A stretch of 64,000 nucleotides of DNA, taken from Bacteroidia bacterium. GTDB taxonomy: Bacteria; Bacteroidota; Bacteroidia; NS11-12g; UBA955. Of this stretch, positions 1-9,704 are shown piece by piece. Under the pieces are notes generated by a model. That model was given only the letters and a program-made list of their open reading frames with translations. It was not told where the DNA came from and did not search any database. The stretch's first letter is position 1. The number at the start of each line of letters is the position of its first letter. Location of the stretch: positions 39,503-103,502 of the forward strand of contig JAMNXP010000003.1 of assembly GCA_023653095.1 (NCBI GenBank). The letters run 5' to 3'. The translations under genes and the position numbers were made by a program.

Positions 1-843
1 TAAGAATATTGATTCTGCCTCTTGTCTCGTAAAATCTTCATAATCTCCAGGGTGATGTGTCTTCGACGCTAATACATGAGTAGCACTACATACACTATCT
101 ATCCAAGCATATGAACTTTGGGACATACTATTTAGCCAACCGAATGTTGATTCCAAAGGTTTTTGGTTTTTATTCTTTTTAAGATTTCGGTTTAATGCAT
201 CAAGTACATTTCTACAATGTGAAATACACTTATTATAATCTTTTTTATTGAAATAGTCTTCAGCTGTATCAAACTCTTTTTTTATTTTTTGATATTCATC
301 TGTTAATTGATTGTGCGTTTTCGGTATTTCAATAAGACGTATATTATTATAGCCTAAGCTTAGCATTAGGGACTCAACCCAAGTTGATTTGGGTATTTCA
401 ATTTCAATTTGAGAGTCTTGGTTTTGAAGATAATTGGATGACCACAATGTTACATCTGAATTTAAGACTATCCTATTCTTAAGTGCAATTAAAAATTTCA
501 TTTTGATCGTAAATCTCAAACTTGAATGACGTAATTTTTCAATTTGACTGATTACATCCTTAGTTAAATTAAATTTTAAATCTATTCTAAATTTTGAATC
601 ATCAAAATAAGAGTACCCTATATTCTTATTAAATTGAGAACATAACATTTGATTTTCGCCAAATAACAAAGTCGATTCAGAACCCAGAAAATCAATTGAC
701 ATATTTGCCTGTGGAAGTCGAAATTTAACATTAACTGGAATAGTTAAATAAGAATTCAATGCATCCGATGATGCAATAATTTCTTGTTCCTTAACTTCTA
801 TATCTTGAACTTTAGATATTATTGTAAATGAACCTTTACCCAT
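1..843 (-). CDS. hypothetical protein, 3' end cut by window edge (>=281 aa); C-terminal part faintly DUF4145-like (helical, Cys/Arg motif)
   Basis: Absent from the supplied ORF track because it is open at the window edge. I translated the reverse strand from the ATG at 843-841: MGKGSFTIISKVQDIEVKEQEIIASSDALNSYLTIPVNVKFRLPQANMSIDFLG...DYFNKKDYNKCISHCRNVLDALNRNLKK...THHPGDYEDFTRQEAESIFL. That gives 281 sense codons with no stop down to nt 1. The ATG overlaps the TAA of the upstream rhuM-like gene (TAATG). The region is very AT-rich. I recognise no family with confidence. Confidence 0.6.
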   Translation of the reverse strand, partial: MGKGSFTIISKVQDIEVKEQEIIASSDALNSYLTIPVNVKFRLPQANMSIDFLGSESTLLFGENQMLCSQFNKNIGYSYFDDSKFRIDLKFNLTKDVISQIEKLRHSSLRFTIKMKFLIALKNRIVLNSDVTLWSSNYLQNQDSQIEIEIPKSTWVESLMLSLGYNNIRLIEIPKTHNQLTDEYQKIKKEFDTAEDYFNKKDYNKCISHCRNVLDALNRNLKKNKNQKPLESTFGWLNSMSQSSYAWIDSVCSATHVLASKTHHPGDYEDFTRQEAESIFL

Positions 844-1886
844 TATTTTTTCTTCTTATTTGCAGGCGAATTGACATTTGATTCCTTCATTTTTTTGACT
901 TCGTTCTCAAAATCACTTACAAAGTTTTGATCTTGAGATACTCTAAATTTTTCAAACTCTTTCTCCGCTAATCTCATAGCCACATCATGACTTACTTTAC
1001 CTGCATCCCTGAGAATGTTATACTCATTAAATTGAAGGAAAGCATCTAAACGTGTAACCCAATCTGCCATTTTCATCGGGATCTGTCTTTCGGCTTGAAG
1101 TTCAGCAAAATCGAGGTACATGGTAACGATTCGTTCCAGTTCTTTGATTTCCTTTTCCTGTAGGTAATTTTTGGCTGTACCAATATCGGTTTTCAAGATT
1201 TTCCCGTTAGGGGCATTCTTCCATGTGGTTAAGCCCATGTTGGGCTGTGAGGCATCGGCTCGGTCTGCAATCAATTCGGCTGCTGTTTTGCCGGTAATGG
1301 CCCAATGCAGCTTGTTCTGAACCGTTTTAAAGAACTTTTGGGTTATTTCTGCATCCTTGTTATAGTCGATACTGCACTGCTCGTATATGTCGGTTATTTT
1401 GAGGTAGAAACGCCTTTCACTGGCTCTTATCTCCCGGATACGTTCCAAGAGTTCGTCAAAGTAGTCCTTGCCAAAGCGTTTTCCCTGTTTAAGCCTTTCA
1501 TCGTCCAGCACAAACCCCTTGATTATGAACTCCCTAAGGGTTTTAGTAGCCCAAATACGGAACTGGGTAGCCTGATGGCTGTTTACCCTGTAGCCCACGG
1601 CTATTATGGCATCCAGATTGTAAAACTCCACATTCCGCTTTACCATTCGGGTGCCTTCCTGCTGAACTGTTTCCAAAATGGAAATAGTTGCCTTTTCGAC
1701 TAATTCGCCTGTTTGGTAAATATTACTCAGGTGTTTGTTGATAGCAGGAACTTCCACACCAAAGAGTTCTGCCATCCGCTTTTGAGTAAGCCAAAAGGTT
1801 TCGTCATTAAAAATCACCTCAATTTTCACATCACCGGTGGGGGTGTTGTAAAAAATGATGTCGTTATGTTGTGGTGTATCACTCAT
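843..1886 (-). CDS. rhuM: RhuM-family protein (type I R-M-linked 'virulence protein RhuM')
   Basis: 347 aa. The N-terminal pattern IIFYNTPTGDVKIEVIFNDETFWLTQKRMAELFGV...NKHLSNIYQTGEL, then YNLDAIIAVGYRVNSHQATQFRIWATKTLREFIIKGFVLDDERLK, is the characteristic RhuM-family signature as I remember it. It lies 25 nt downstream of hsdR on the same strand. Confidence 0.8.
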   Translation of the reverse strand: MSDTPQHNDIIFYNTPTGDVKIEVIFNDETFWLTQKRMAELFGVEVPAINKHLSNIYQTGELVEKATISILETVQQEGTRMVKRNVEFYNLDAIIAVGYRVNSHQATQFRIWATKTLREFIIKGFVLDDERLKQGKRFGKDYFDELLERIREIRASERRFYLKITDIYEQCSIDYNKDAEITQKFFKTVQNKLHWAITGKTAAELIADRADASQPNMGLTTWKNAPNGKILKTDIGTAKNYLQEKEIKELERIVTMYLDFAELQAERQIPMKMADWVTRLDAFLQFNEYNILRDAGKVSHDVAMRLAEKEFEKFRVSQDQNFVSDFENEVKKMKESNVNSPANKKKK

Positions 1887-1911
1887 TTTAAATTACTTAT
1901 TTTTTTAACGC

Positions 1912-4900
1912 TTACTTATTGGCATTGAACTTCATAAAATCTCTCTGCATTATCTGGAACATGGTTCCGGCAAAGAAATCCCTGAACTCCTTGTTATCAT
2001 TATACTCCTTGAATACCTCGAAATTGGTCTCGATGTGGTCTATTAGTTTCCGCTTTAGTACATCTTCAAATGTAATCCTGGCATTTTGGGTGTCTGAGTG
2101 CTGGAAAGCATTAACAAACTCACTATCATTGGCTACATCTTGCATTAAATCTTCTGTCATTTTCTTCACCTTATCTTCATTGGTAAAGGCAGTACCAAAT
2201 CTGTCGTTAAATGCTTTTACAATGTTAGACAAATACTCCATTTCAGGCTCGGCAACTCCACCTCTCATCTCGGTGGGGATAGGTTTTAATTCATCACCCT
2301 GCTCAAGTGCAATATTGGTGGTTGCCTCTAATTGATATCGAAGGTTCTCCATGTCTATGTTATCCAAAATGCCTTGTGCTAAATCTTCCTCCTTCTGACG
2401 GCCTAACTTATTCTGTAAATGGTTTAAGAATAGGTATAGCCTTTCCAGATATGGGTTGATAAAAGGAACTATTTGAGCAAGGAAAACATAGAGACGAACA
2501 AACGTTTTGCATTTGGCACGGAAATCTTCTTGCTGTTCTTCGTTCAAGTGGCTTCTGAAAACTTCGGCAGCGGCATCCAAAATGCTGTGTAACTGATCAA
2601 CCGGAACATTGGCAATTAGGCGTTGTGAAAACTCCTGCACTTGTTCGGGTGTATAAACCTGAAAAGCATCTAAAGCCGATTGCAGGTCGAATAGTTTATT
2701 AGGGTCTGTTGCCTCACCCAAAATCGTGGTTTCGTAGAATGGGTCGAAAGACTTTTTGATGTCTTCTGCCTTGTTTGCAAAGTCTAATACGAATGTATCT
2801 GTTTTACCAGCCGTGGTTCTGTTCAGTCTTGAAAGGGTTTGAACAGCATTTACACCTCCCAATTTCTTATCAACATACATTGTATGTAATAGTGGCTGGT
2901 CGAACCCTGTTTGATATTTGTTGGCAACAATCAGAAAGCGATACTCTGATTTCTTAAACTCATCTGGTATTGCTGAACTTGAAAAGCCATTCAATGAGGC
3001 TTCGGTTTGCCCGCCTATTTCACCTGAAAATGCAACAATAGCTTTGAAAGGGTTTCCCGTATCTGTAAGATATCTATCGAATGCTTTTTTATACTTAACT
3101 GCATTTTTACGGCTGCTGGTAACCAGCATCGCTTTTGCCAAACCATTTATTTTTTTTCGCTTAATCACCGAATCCATGAAGTGTTCAATCATGATGGCAG
3201 TTTTCTTCTCAATAGCCAGGTCATGGCTTTCTACATAGATGCGTAGTTTCTTTTGTGCCTTTACTTTATCGAACAGTGGATCATCTTCAATGCGTTTGTA
3301 TAACCCATAAAAACTTTGGTAGGTAGTATAATTTTCCAGCACATCCCGAATGAAGTTTTCTTCAATGGCTTGCTTCATTGAGTATAAATGAAACGCCCTG
3401 AATTTTTCTTTACCGTTATCGTTAAACTTCTCACCAAACAATTCCAGTGTTTTGTTTTTAGGAGTGGCAGTAAAGGCGAAGTAGCTGGCATTGGTCAGCA
3501 TCTTCCTACCTTTTACAATATCTACCACCAAATCTTCAGAAGTAAGTTCATCATACTGGTCTTTGTCCACAAAAATGTAATCATCACCATCCACTTGTAC
3601 TTTTTCAAAATCTTTGGCCAGGGTTTCATTGAGCTTACCAGCAGTATTACCACTTTGGCTACTATGTGCTTCATCAATGATGACAGCAAACTTGTTGCCC
3701 GGCAACTCTCCAATTTCATTAACGATGTAGGGAAACTTCTGAATAGTCGTAATAATTATCTTCTTGCCTTCTTCTAAGGCAGTTTTTAGCTGCTTACTAC
3801 CTTCGGTAATGGCTTCTACAACTCCTTTTACCTGCTCAAATTGTTTGATGTTATTCCGTATCTGAGCATCCAGTACTTTGCGGTCGGTAACTACAATGAC
3901 CGTATCAAATACAGTATTGGTATTTGAGTTATCAAATAAACCTACTAACTGGTGAGCCAGCCAGCTGATTGAGTTACTCTTACCTGAACCAGCGGAATGT
4001 TGAATAAGATATCTGCGGCCAGCCCCATTTAGTTTTGCATTTTGCAACAGACTGTTTACTGCTAACAACTGGTGATAACGAGGAAATATGAGTTTCTTGA
4101 CTTTCTCCTTTTTGATTTTACCATCAGGCAATATCTTCTCTACTTCCTCTTCAAACAACTGCACATAATTCTGAATGATATTGGTTATGCTGTCTTTAGT
4201 CAATATTTCCTTCCACAAGTAGTCAGTTTTAATGCCCGATGAATTGGGGGGATTACCTGCTCCATTATTATGTCCTTTATTGAAGGGCAGAAAATATGTG
4301 CTGCCATTTTTTAAGTGAGTGGTCATCCAAACCTGCTCTGTATCTACGGCAAAGTGCACCATGCATCTGCCGAGGCGAAACAGTTCTTCTTTGCTATCTC
4401 TGGTTGTTTTGTATTGTTTGATAGCATCTTTTACATTCTGCTTGGTAAGCTCATTTTTTAATTCAAAAGTGATGATGGGTAAGCCATTGATGAAAATAAC
4501 CATATCGAGGCTATTTTCATTTTGTGTGCTGTAATGCACCTGTCGGATTACAGAGAATATATTCTTATTGTAAAGTTCAGTGTCTTGCTGGTTGAGGTTA
4601 GAAACGGGTTTATCATAAAACAATTTCAGCTTTATATTATTGTCAGTAATTCCTTTACGCAAAACCTCGATAATGCCCAGCAATTTGATTTGACTATTGA
4701 GGCGGTACAACACTTTAATTCTGTAATTGCTGCCATGGATGGCCTGCAATTTTTGAACTGCTTTCTCCTGTGTTGCTTCAAAAAAACCGAAAAGCATTTC
4801 TTCATCGACACACTCTACACGATTGTACTGGGCATGATGGCGAAGTTGAAATGAATTACCGGCAATCGTATCGCAGAGATACGCTGCAATAAGCGCTTCT

Positions 4901-4929
4901 AATCCTTTTTCTGATGTATCTGTTTTCAT
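1912..4929 (-). CDS. hsdR: type I restriction endonuclease subunit R
   Basis: 1005 aa. PD-(D/E)xK-like segment DMVIFINGLPIITFELKN. SF2 helicase motifs HSAGSGKSNS (Walker A), VIIDEAHSSQSG (DEAH), FAFTATP and QTGFDQP. Same strand and operon as hsdM/hsdS. Confidence 0.9.
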   Translation of the reverse strand: MKTDTSEKGLEALIAAYLCDTIAGNSFQLRHHAQYNRVECVDEEMLFGFFEATQEKAVQKLQAIHGSNYRIKVLYRLNSQIKLLGIIEVLRKGITDNNIKLKLFYDKPVSNLNQQDTELYNKNIFSVIRQVHYSTQNENSLDMVIFINGLPIITFELKNELTKQNVKDAIKQYKTTRDSKEELFRLGRCMVHFAVDTEQVWMTTHLKNGSTYFLPFNKGHNNGAGNPPNSSGIKTDYLWKEILTKDSITNIIQNYVQLFEEEVEKILPDGKIKKEKVKKLIFPRYHQLLAVNSLLQNAKLNGAGRRYLIQHSAGSGKSNSISWLAHQLVGLFDNSNTNTVFDTVIVVTDRKVLDAQIRNNIKQFEQVKGVVEAITEGSKQLKTALEEGKKIIITTIQKFPYIVNEIGELPGNKFAVIIDEAHSSQSGNTAGKLNETLAKDFEKVQVDGDDYIFVDKDQYDELTSEDLVVDIVKGRKMLTNASYFAFTATPKNKTLELFGEKFNDNGKEKFRAFHLYSMKQAIEENFIRDVLENYTTYQSFYGLYKRIEDDPLFDKVKAQKKLRIYVESHDLAIEKKTAIMIEHFMDSVIKRKKINGLAKAMLVTSSRKNAVKYKKAFDRYLTDTGNPFKAIVAFSGEIGGQTEASLNGFSSSAIPDEFKKSEYRFLIVANKYQTGFDQPLLHTMYVDKKLGGVNAVQTLSRLNRTTAGKTDTFVLDFANKAEDIKKSFDPFYETTILGEATDPNKLFDLQSALDAFQVYTPEQVQEFSQRLIANVPVDQLHSILDAAAEVFRSHLNEEQQEDFRAKCKTFVRLYVFLAQIVPFINPYLERLYLFLNHLQNKLGRQKEEDLAQGILDNIDMENLRYQLEATTNIALEQGDELKPIPTEMRGGVAEPEMEYLSNIVKAFNDRFGTAFTNEDKVKKMTEDLMQDVANDSEFVNAFQHSDTQNARITFEDVLKRKLIDHIETNFEVFKEYNDNKEFRDFFAGTMFQIMQRDFMKFNANK

Positions 4930-4932
4930 TAC

Positions 4933-7680
4933 TTAAAAGTCATATTTTGTTTTACGCATCTCAAAGGCAATAACACCACCTTCCATAATGTCTTTTACTT
5001 GCAATTTGATTTCATCCTTATCAATTGAACCACTACCAATAATCTCACCTGCGGATTTATCAGAATTATGGTCAAATGTTAGGATTAACTCTGCATCACC
5101 ATTTACTGCAATATTTGCATTATGACTACTGAATATGAGCTGTCGCTTATGTTTAGCCGAAACAATATTCTCGGTTATCTGGTGAATAACTTTGTTATCA
5201 AGATCATCCTCAGGCTGGTCAATAATTAAGGGGCCAAATTCCTGATTTAACAGTATCGTTAGGATTGAACCAGCTTGCTGACCATAAGAGGCATCTTCAA
5301 ACGGAATTTTATTTGAAGGGTCTTTACAATAAAGAAGTTTTAAATCATAAGTAGGAAGTTCCAACGCAAAGTCAATTATGTCTGATGTATTCAGACTTTC
5401 ATTAATTCTTTCAAAATCAGTTTCAAGAAGTGAGGCATTTTGCAAGCCATACTCTGAAATTATGTTTTCGATTTTTAGATTTTCAGTTTGAGCCTTGTAA
5501 ATTGAGAACCACAACTTCAACAGTTCTTTATAGGTATTTTCTCCCTTTAAGAGAGTCTGGAAAAACGATTGTGTCCTTGCTGGCTGGCCTTTACTTCCAG
5601 TAACTTTAGCTAAGAAATCTTTAATAATATGCTCTATATCATCTAACGGTGTTAACTCAATTTCAAGAGAACCTTCGCTTTTACTGCATATTTCAGATAC
5701 TGCACTGTTAATTAAAGTGTGCAAACTTATATTTAATTGATGCCTCTGGTAAAACAGCTTCTGCAAATTCCGTCTAACACCCTTTTCAGATTCCAAAGTT
5801 TCAAGTATCCTGTTCCTATCCTCAATCAAAACAGCCAAACGTTTTCTGAGTTCTTCAAGTTCCTTTATTATCTGCTCAAACTTTGTCTGTCTGCCTTTTG
5901 CTTCAACATACTCAGCATCATGTATACCATGCAAATCAGTTAATAGGGTCTTATCAGCAACTAAATCTGAAGAACTTGTCTTGCTTCGTGCATCCTCCAA
6001 TGCGGCTTTTATATTTTTAACTATCTCGTCATGGCTGGCAGCAAACTTTTTAATCTCCGCTATATTCTTCACATTATTTGCATCAAATTGTAACCCGTTG
6101 AAATTTCCATTTGTAAGGATATTACCTATCTGATTAAAGAGTGCTGCAATCTGAGCTTCAGAAGATTTTATTATCAATTTTTCGTTAGCAACAAGACTAT
6201 TGTTTTTGATTATTGTTTGGTCGCCTGAAGGAACATCAGACAATTGCTCATTCAAGGAATTAATTTGTTCCTCAATTGATTCAATTTGTGTCCTTAAATC
6301 TTCTGACGATTTTAGATTAGAAAGATAGGTTTCATAAGAAGCAGCTACTTCCTTAATCCTGTTGCCATTTTCGTTGATCTGTCTTTTTATTGATTCAACA
6401 CCACTATTTACAGCATTCTCAATGATCCTTGTAAGTTGTACCGTCTTGTCTTTCTCATGTTTACTAAGTTCTTTTTGTGCAAATGAATCTGCACGAATAA
6501 TTGAAACAACATTTTGACTATTGGTTGGCTGCCAGTCTTCATTGCCAATCTTTATTTTGTAAGAATTAATTGACCGCCTGATGATATGGGTGGTACCAGT
6601 TTTAATAATTACAACTTCAACGCTACCCGTGCCCAGTGTATTACTAATAAACGTCTCAAGGTCTGCTTTCTTCTCCTCATTACTGTCTTTACCCAAAGCC
6701 CATGAAATATATTGGAGCAAAGAAGACTTTCCTGTTCCTCTACCTCCAATACACACATTAAACTGAGGGTTAAATTTAATTTCTAAGTCTTTCAAGAAGC
6801 TGCTGCCCGATATTATCACTTCACTAATTCTGGTGGATGGTAACTTTGGCTCTTCCTGTAAAATTCTGGACTTTTTTGCCAGGCAGGCTTGCCGTAAACC
6901 TTCTGCAGTTGGTGTTGACCATTTTACCCAGGTGGCAGAAAAACCTAAATGTTCAAATGTATCTGTTCTATTGTCTGATGTTTGAAAAAAACCAATTGAT
7001 CTGTTTCCATAAGCAGGAACTTTACCTTCAATGATATTATTCCATCCTTCCTTCTTTTTGTGCTTTACATAAAGTTCCCTGTCTAAATAGCCACCCACGA
7101 AAATCCCTTTGGCATATTCGTTATAAAAGTTTTCACGGAAAATTGAATCACTTCCACCGTCTTTGATATTCGGAAACACTATAAAGCGACCTTTGAGGTC
7201 TTTTACACCGTTTAGAGCATCATAGACATCATTGATGCTTTTAAACGACAGCCTATTAGTTTGCCCTGTTTTTGACTCTGATTTACTTGTGTAACCTGAA
7301 ATTCCAAGTGCGGTATAGATTTTTATTCTCGTTTCATCATCTATTACTAAATCAGCGTCAAAAATCAAAAGAGCCTGACAGGGAACATCAAGCGTCAATT
7401 CCATTCCCGGGAAGACAACTATTCGTTCATGCTCAGGTATTGGATGTCCATGTACGTCCTTATCATTATTGCTAGCTTCTTTGATGTAATTGTAAAAACA
7501 CAAATCGTGGTGATCTGTAATTGCTACCGCATCAATTCTTTTTTCTCTACAAGCCTTAATAAACCGCTCTGAATAAGCAATTCTTTCGGCATCAGAAACA
7601 TAAGCCTGCCCAGAGAACTGAAGGTCTCTCGGGGTGTGAACCTGAAAGTCACATTTATAATATCTTGCACCTTTGTCCAT
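4933..7680 (-). CDS. PHP-domain phosphoesterase fused to an SMC/Rad50-like ABC ATPase (TrlF/Ppl-like)
   Basis: 915 aa. PHP motifs at the N-terminus: CDFQVHTPRD, AVAITDHHD, FPGMELT. Walker A GGRGTGKSSLL (aa ~312-321). A long helical, coiled-coil-like middle (aa ~420-760). Signature-like SYGQQAG, Walker B LIIDQPEDDLD (aa ~818-828) and H-loop FSSHNANI. The start abuts the hsdS stop (7680/7681) and the stop is 3 nt from the hsdR start. Confidence 0.75.
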   Translation of the reverse strand: MDKGARYYKCDFQVHTPRDLQFSGQAYVSDAERIAYSERFIKACREKRIDAVAITDHHDLCFYNYIKEASNNDKDVHGHPIPEHERIVVFPGMELTLDVPCQALLIFDADLVIDDETRIKIYTALGISGYTSKSESKTGQTNRLSFKSINDVYDALNGVKDLKGRFIVFPNIKDGGSDSIFRENFYNEYAKGIFVGGYLDRELYVKHKKKEGWNNIIEGKVPAYGNRSIGFFQTSDNRTDTFEHLGFSATWVKWSTPTAEGLRQACLAKKSRILQEEPKLPSTRISEVIISGSSFLKDLEIKFNPQFNVCIGGRGTGKSSLLQYISWALGKDSNEEKKADLETFISNTLGTGSVEVVIIKTGTTHIIRRSINSYKIKIGNEDWQPTNSQNVVSIIRADSFAQKELSKHEKDKTVQLTRIIENAVNSGVESIKRQINENGNRIKEVAASYETYLSNLKSSEDLRTQIESIEEQINSLNEQLSDVPSGDQTIIKNNSLVANEKLIIKSSEAQIAALFNQIGNILTNGNFNGLQFDANNVKNIAEIKKFAASHDEIVKNIKAALEDARSKTSSSDLVADKTLLTDLHGIHDAEYVEAKGRQTKFEQIIKELEELRKRLAVLIEDRNRILETLESEKGVRRNLQKLFYQRHQLNISLHTLINSAVSEICSKSEGSLEIELTPLDDIEHIIKDFLAKVTGSKGQPARTQSFFQTLLKGENTYKELLKLWFSIYKAQTENLKIENIISEYGLQNASLLETDFERINESLNTSDIIDFALELPTYDLKLLYCKDPSNKIPFEDASYGQQAGSILTILLNQEFGPLIIDQPEDDLDNKVIHQITENIVSAKHKRQLIFSSHNANIAVNGDAELILTFDHNSDKSAGEIIGSGSIDKDEIKLQVKDIMEGGVIAFEMRKTKYDF

Positions 7681-8985
7681 TTAAACTGTTTTTCTTTTTC
7701 CCATCACCGCTTCGGCTATCATCGCTTCTTTATGTTCTCTGATTAATTCAATTTCACGTTCGGCTTTAGCTATTGCTGTGTCTATGGAGGCGGTTTCGGT
7801 TCTTATGTGTGATACAATTATTTTTTGTTCATCGATTGGTGGAATTGTCAAAAATATTTTTCGAAAATCACCTTTACCTATGTTTGGCTGACCAGTCTCT
7901 CGAACATGATAATTGATTTGTTTTTGAATAAATGGGGAACTCAATTGTAAATACAAATAATCCTTGTCGAGTTCTTCTGGCTCTAATGGGATGAAATTAC
8001 CAACACGGTAATTTTGCAATAGAATTTCATCCTTAATATCTGCACGGATAATCTTTCCAATTGTCCCACCTGTAAGAGCCATTAAAATGTCACCTTCATT
8101 TATAATTATGTCACGAAACTCATCTATTCTACTTTCATCAATTGTATTAGCTTTCGTCAAGTCCAAATAACCATTGGGATTGAGCTGAGTTATCTTAACA
8201 ATTTTGACACCTTCATCTGTAAAGTCATAATCTCTAAACTGAAATCCATGCCTTAGAAAAACGTATTTGTTGAACTTTTCAATTTTATAGTGAATGGGAA
8301 ACTTTTCAGCAAAAGGAATTTCAGAGTTTTTAAATGATACTTTATCATTCAAGCCATTTGTTATGATTTTGTAAATCATTGAAAACTTCTGCTCCTTCAA
8401 CAGCTCTATAAACCGTTGTTTCTTTTCAATAAAGCGGTTTACCTTTTCCTCTTGTGCTTTGATGTATTGCACAATTTCGTCTTGCTCGGTTTTGGGCGGC
8501 ACTAAGGCAAAAATGCTGAAAAACTTATCGGAGTATAGTCGTAAACGGCTGTCAATAATACCAGTGCTGTGTCTTCGGAACTCAGCTTTAAATAATGCGG
8601 TAGTAAACAAATAGCCAAAATATTCCGGGTTATTGTCACCCTTCACACGATACACACAATAGGCAGGGCTGGTAATTCCGTTGTGTGGCGAAATGCCCAT
8701 ACTCCCATTCCACGCCAGCATAATGTTTACTACCAAATCACCCGTTTCTACCATCTTATAACCTACAAGGCTTTCGGCATTGGTTAAATGCTCATCATCA
8801 CTTTCCAGACTTTCTCTCTTGAGGGTAACTCCAGTATAATGTGAAACAGAAAGTAGTTCTTCACTACCTGTTTCACTTCGGTTATCTACCTCCTGAAACA
8901 GATTTTTAATGCGAAGCACCTGCCAGTGTGAGGGGAAATCACCCAGCCAAGCTATCTTTTTTTTGTTTACTGCCGCTGCTGTCAT
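7681..8985 (-). CDS. hsdS: type I restriction-modification specificity subunit S
   Basis: 434 aa with two target-recognition halves. Each half is followed by a conserved helical spacer (..EQDEIVQYIKAQEEKVNRFIEKKQRFIELLKEQK.. and ..DEQKIIVSHIRTETASIDTAIAKAEREIELIREHKEAMI..), which is typical of HsdS. Confidence 0.85.
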   Translation of the reverse strand: MTAAAVNKKKIAWLGDFPSHWQVLRIKNLFQEVDNRSETGSEELLSVSHYTGVTLKRESLESDDEHLTNAESLVGYKMVETGDLVVNIMLAWNGSMGISPHNGITSPAYCVYRVKGDNNPEYFGYLFTTALFKAEFRRHSTGIIDSRLRLYSDKFFSIFALVPPKTEQDEIVQYIKAQEEKVNRFIEKKQRFIELLKEQKFSMIYKIITNGLNDKVSFKNSEIPFAEKFPIHYKIEKFNKYVFLRHGFQFRDYDFTDEGVKIVKITQLNPNGYLDLTKANTIDESRIDEFRDIIINEGDILMALTGGTIGKIIRADIKDEILLQNYRVGNFIPLEPEELDKDYLYLQLSSPFIQKQINYHVRETGQPNIGKGDFRKIFLTIPPIDEQKIIVSHIRTETASIDTAIAKAEREIELIREHKEAMIAEAVMGKRKTV

Positions 8986-8990
8986 AACTT

Positions 8991-9704
8991 CTAAATTGTA
9001 TCAACGGGATCGTCTTGATTTCGGTGAATAGGATTGTTATTAACATTAAAGCATTCTTTTGATGCCTTAAATTGTTTTACTAATGCAGCTCTTACCTCTG
9101 GCATTGCATTGAATACATTGTACCACACACTCCAGAATCCTGAATCACCTGCCTGACCAATAATTCCGTTTAAAGTTGCTTGTCGTGGCACACTTGTATA
9201 TTCGGCATACCTTTCTAAAGCCTGACTAATTGCCTTTAATCTGTATTCAAATCTAGTATCAACACCACCAGAACTGTTTACTTTTTTGTCTAAACCATAC
9301 AAGGCTATTGTTGCATTAGCTTTAACTGGCTGATTCGCTGTTAATTTAGAAGAAGGCACCAAAACTCCCGATAGGTGCTCAAAAACAATTAAAGTATTTT
9401 GTTTATGAGGCCAGTAATAGTTGTGCAGTTTTATATCTAGATTACCCTTAGTGCTATTACAATAGTGACAAATTAATAACAAATTGCTCCATTCATTTCG
9501 AAGGTTTTCATACTTATTTTTATTTCCATAACACTCTTTCGGTTTAATATGCTCAACAGCTGGAACATTCAAAATTGGCATTTCACAAAAATGGCAGTAA
9601 CGACAGGTCTGCCTTATCAAGTATGGCTTTGCCTCACCCCAGTGATCGAATTGAATTTTTTTTCCTGCTTTATTTACAGGTTGTTTTTTAGTAATTGGCC
9701 TCAT
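8991..9704 (-). CDS. HNH endonuclease, PtuB/TIGR02646-like
   Basis: 237 aa. Cys-rich HNH core CRYCHFCE...VEHIKPK...NLLLICHYCNSTKGN. Its start overlaps the stop of the upstream ATPase by 4 nt (ATGA). Confidence 0.7.
   Translation of the reverse strand: MRPITKKQPVNKAGKKIQFDHWGEAKPYLIRQTCRYCHFCEMPILNVPAVEHIKPKECYGNKNKYENLRNEWSNLLLICHYCNSTKGNLDIKLHNYYWPHKQNTLIVFEHLSGVLVPSSKLTANQPVKANATIALYGLDKKVNSSGGVDTRFEYRLKAISQALERYAEYTSVPRQATLNGIIGQAGDSGFWSVWYNVFNAMPEVRAALVKQFKASKECFNVNNNPIHRNQDDPVDTI

Noticed and set aside
1305-4854. Plus-strand ORFs of 60-138 aa inside rhuM and hsdR (e.g. 1305-1703, 1919-2335, 3388-3777, 4522-4854)
   Set aside because: They are shadow ORFs antisense to long genes with clear motifs, and their translations are low-complexity and hydrophobic. 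The same reasoning applies to the other antisense ORFs in the track inside mnmE, fhs, the giant T9SS genes, the S41 peptidase and others.
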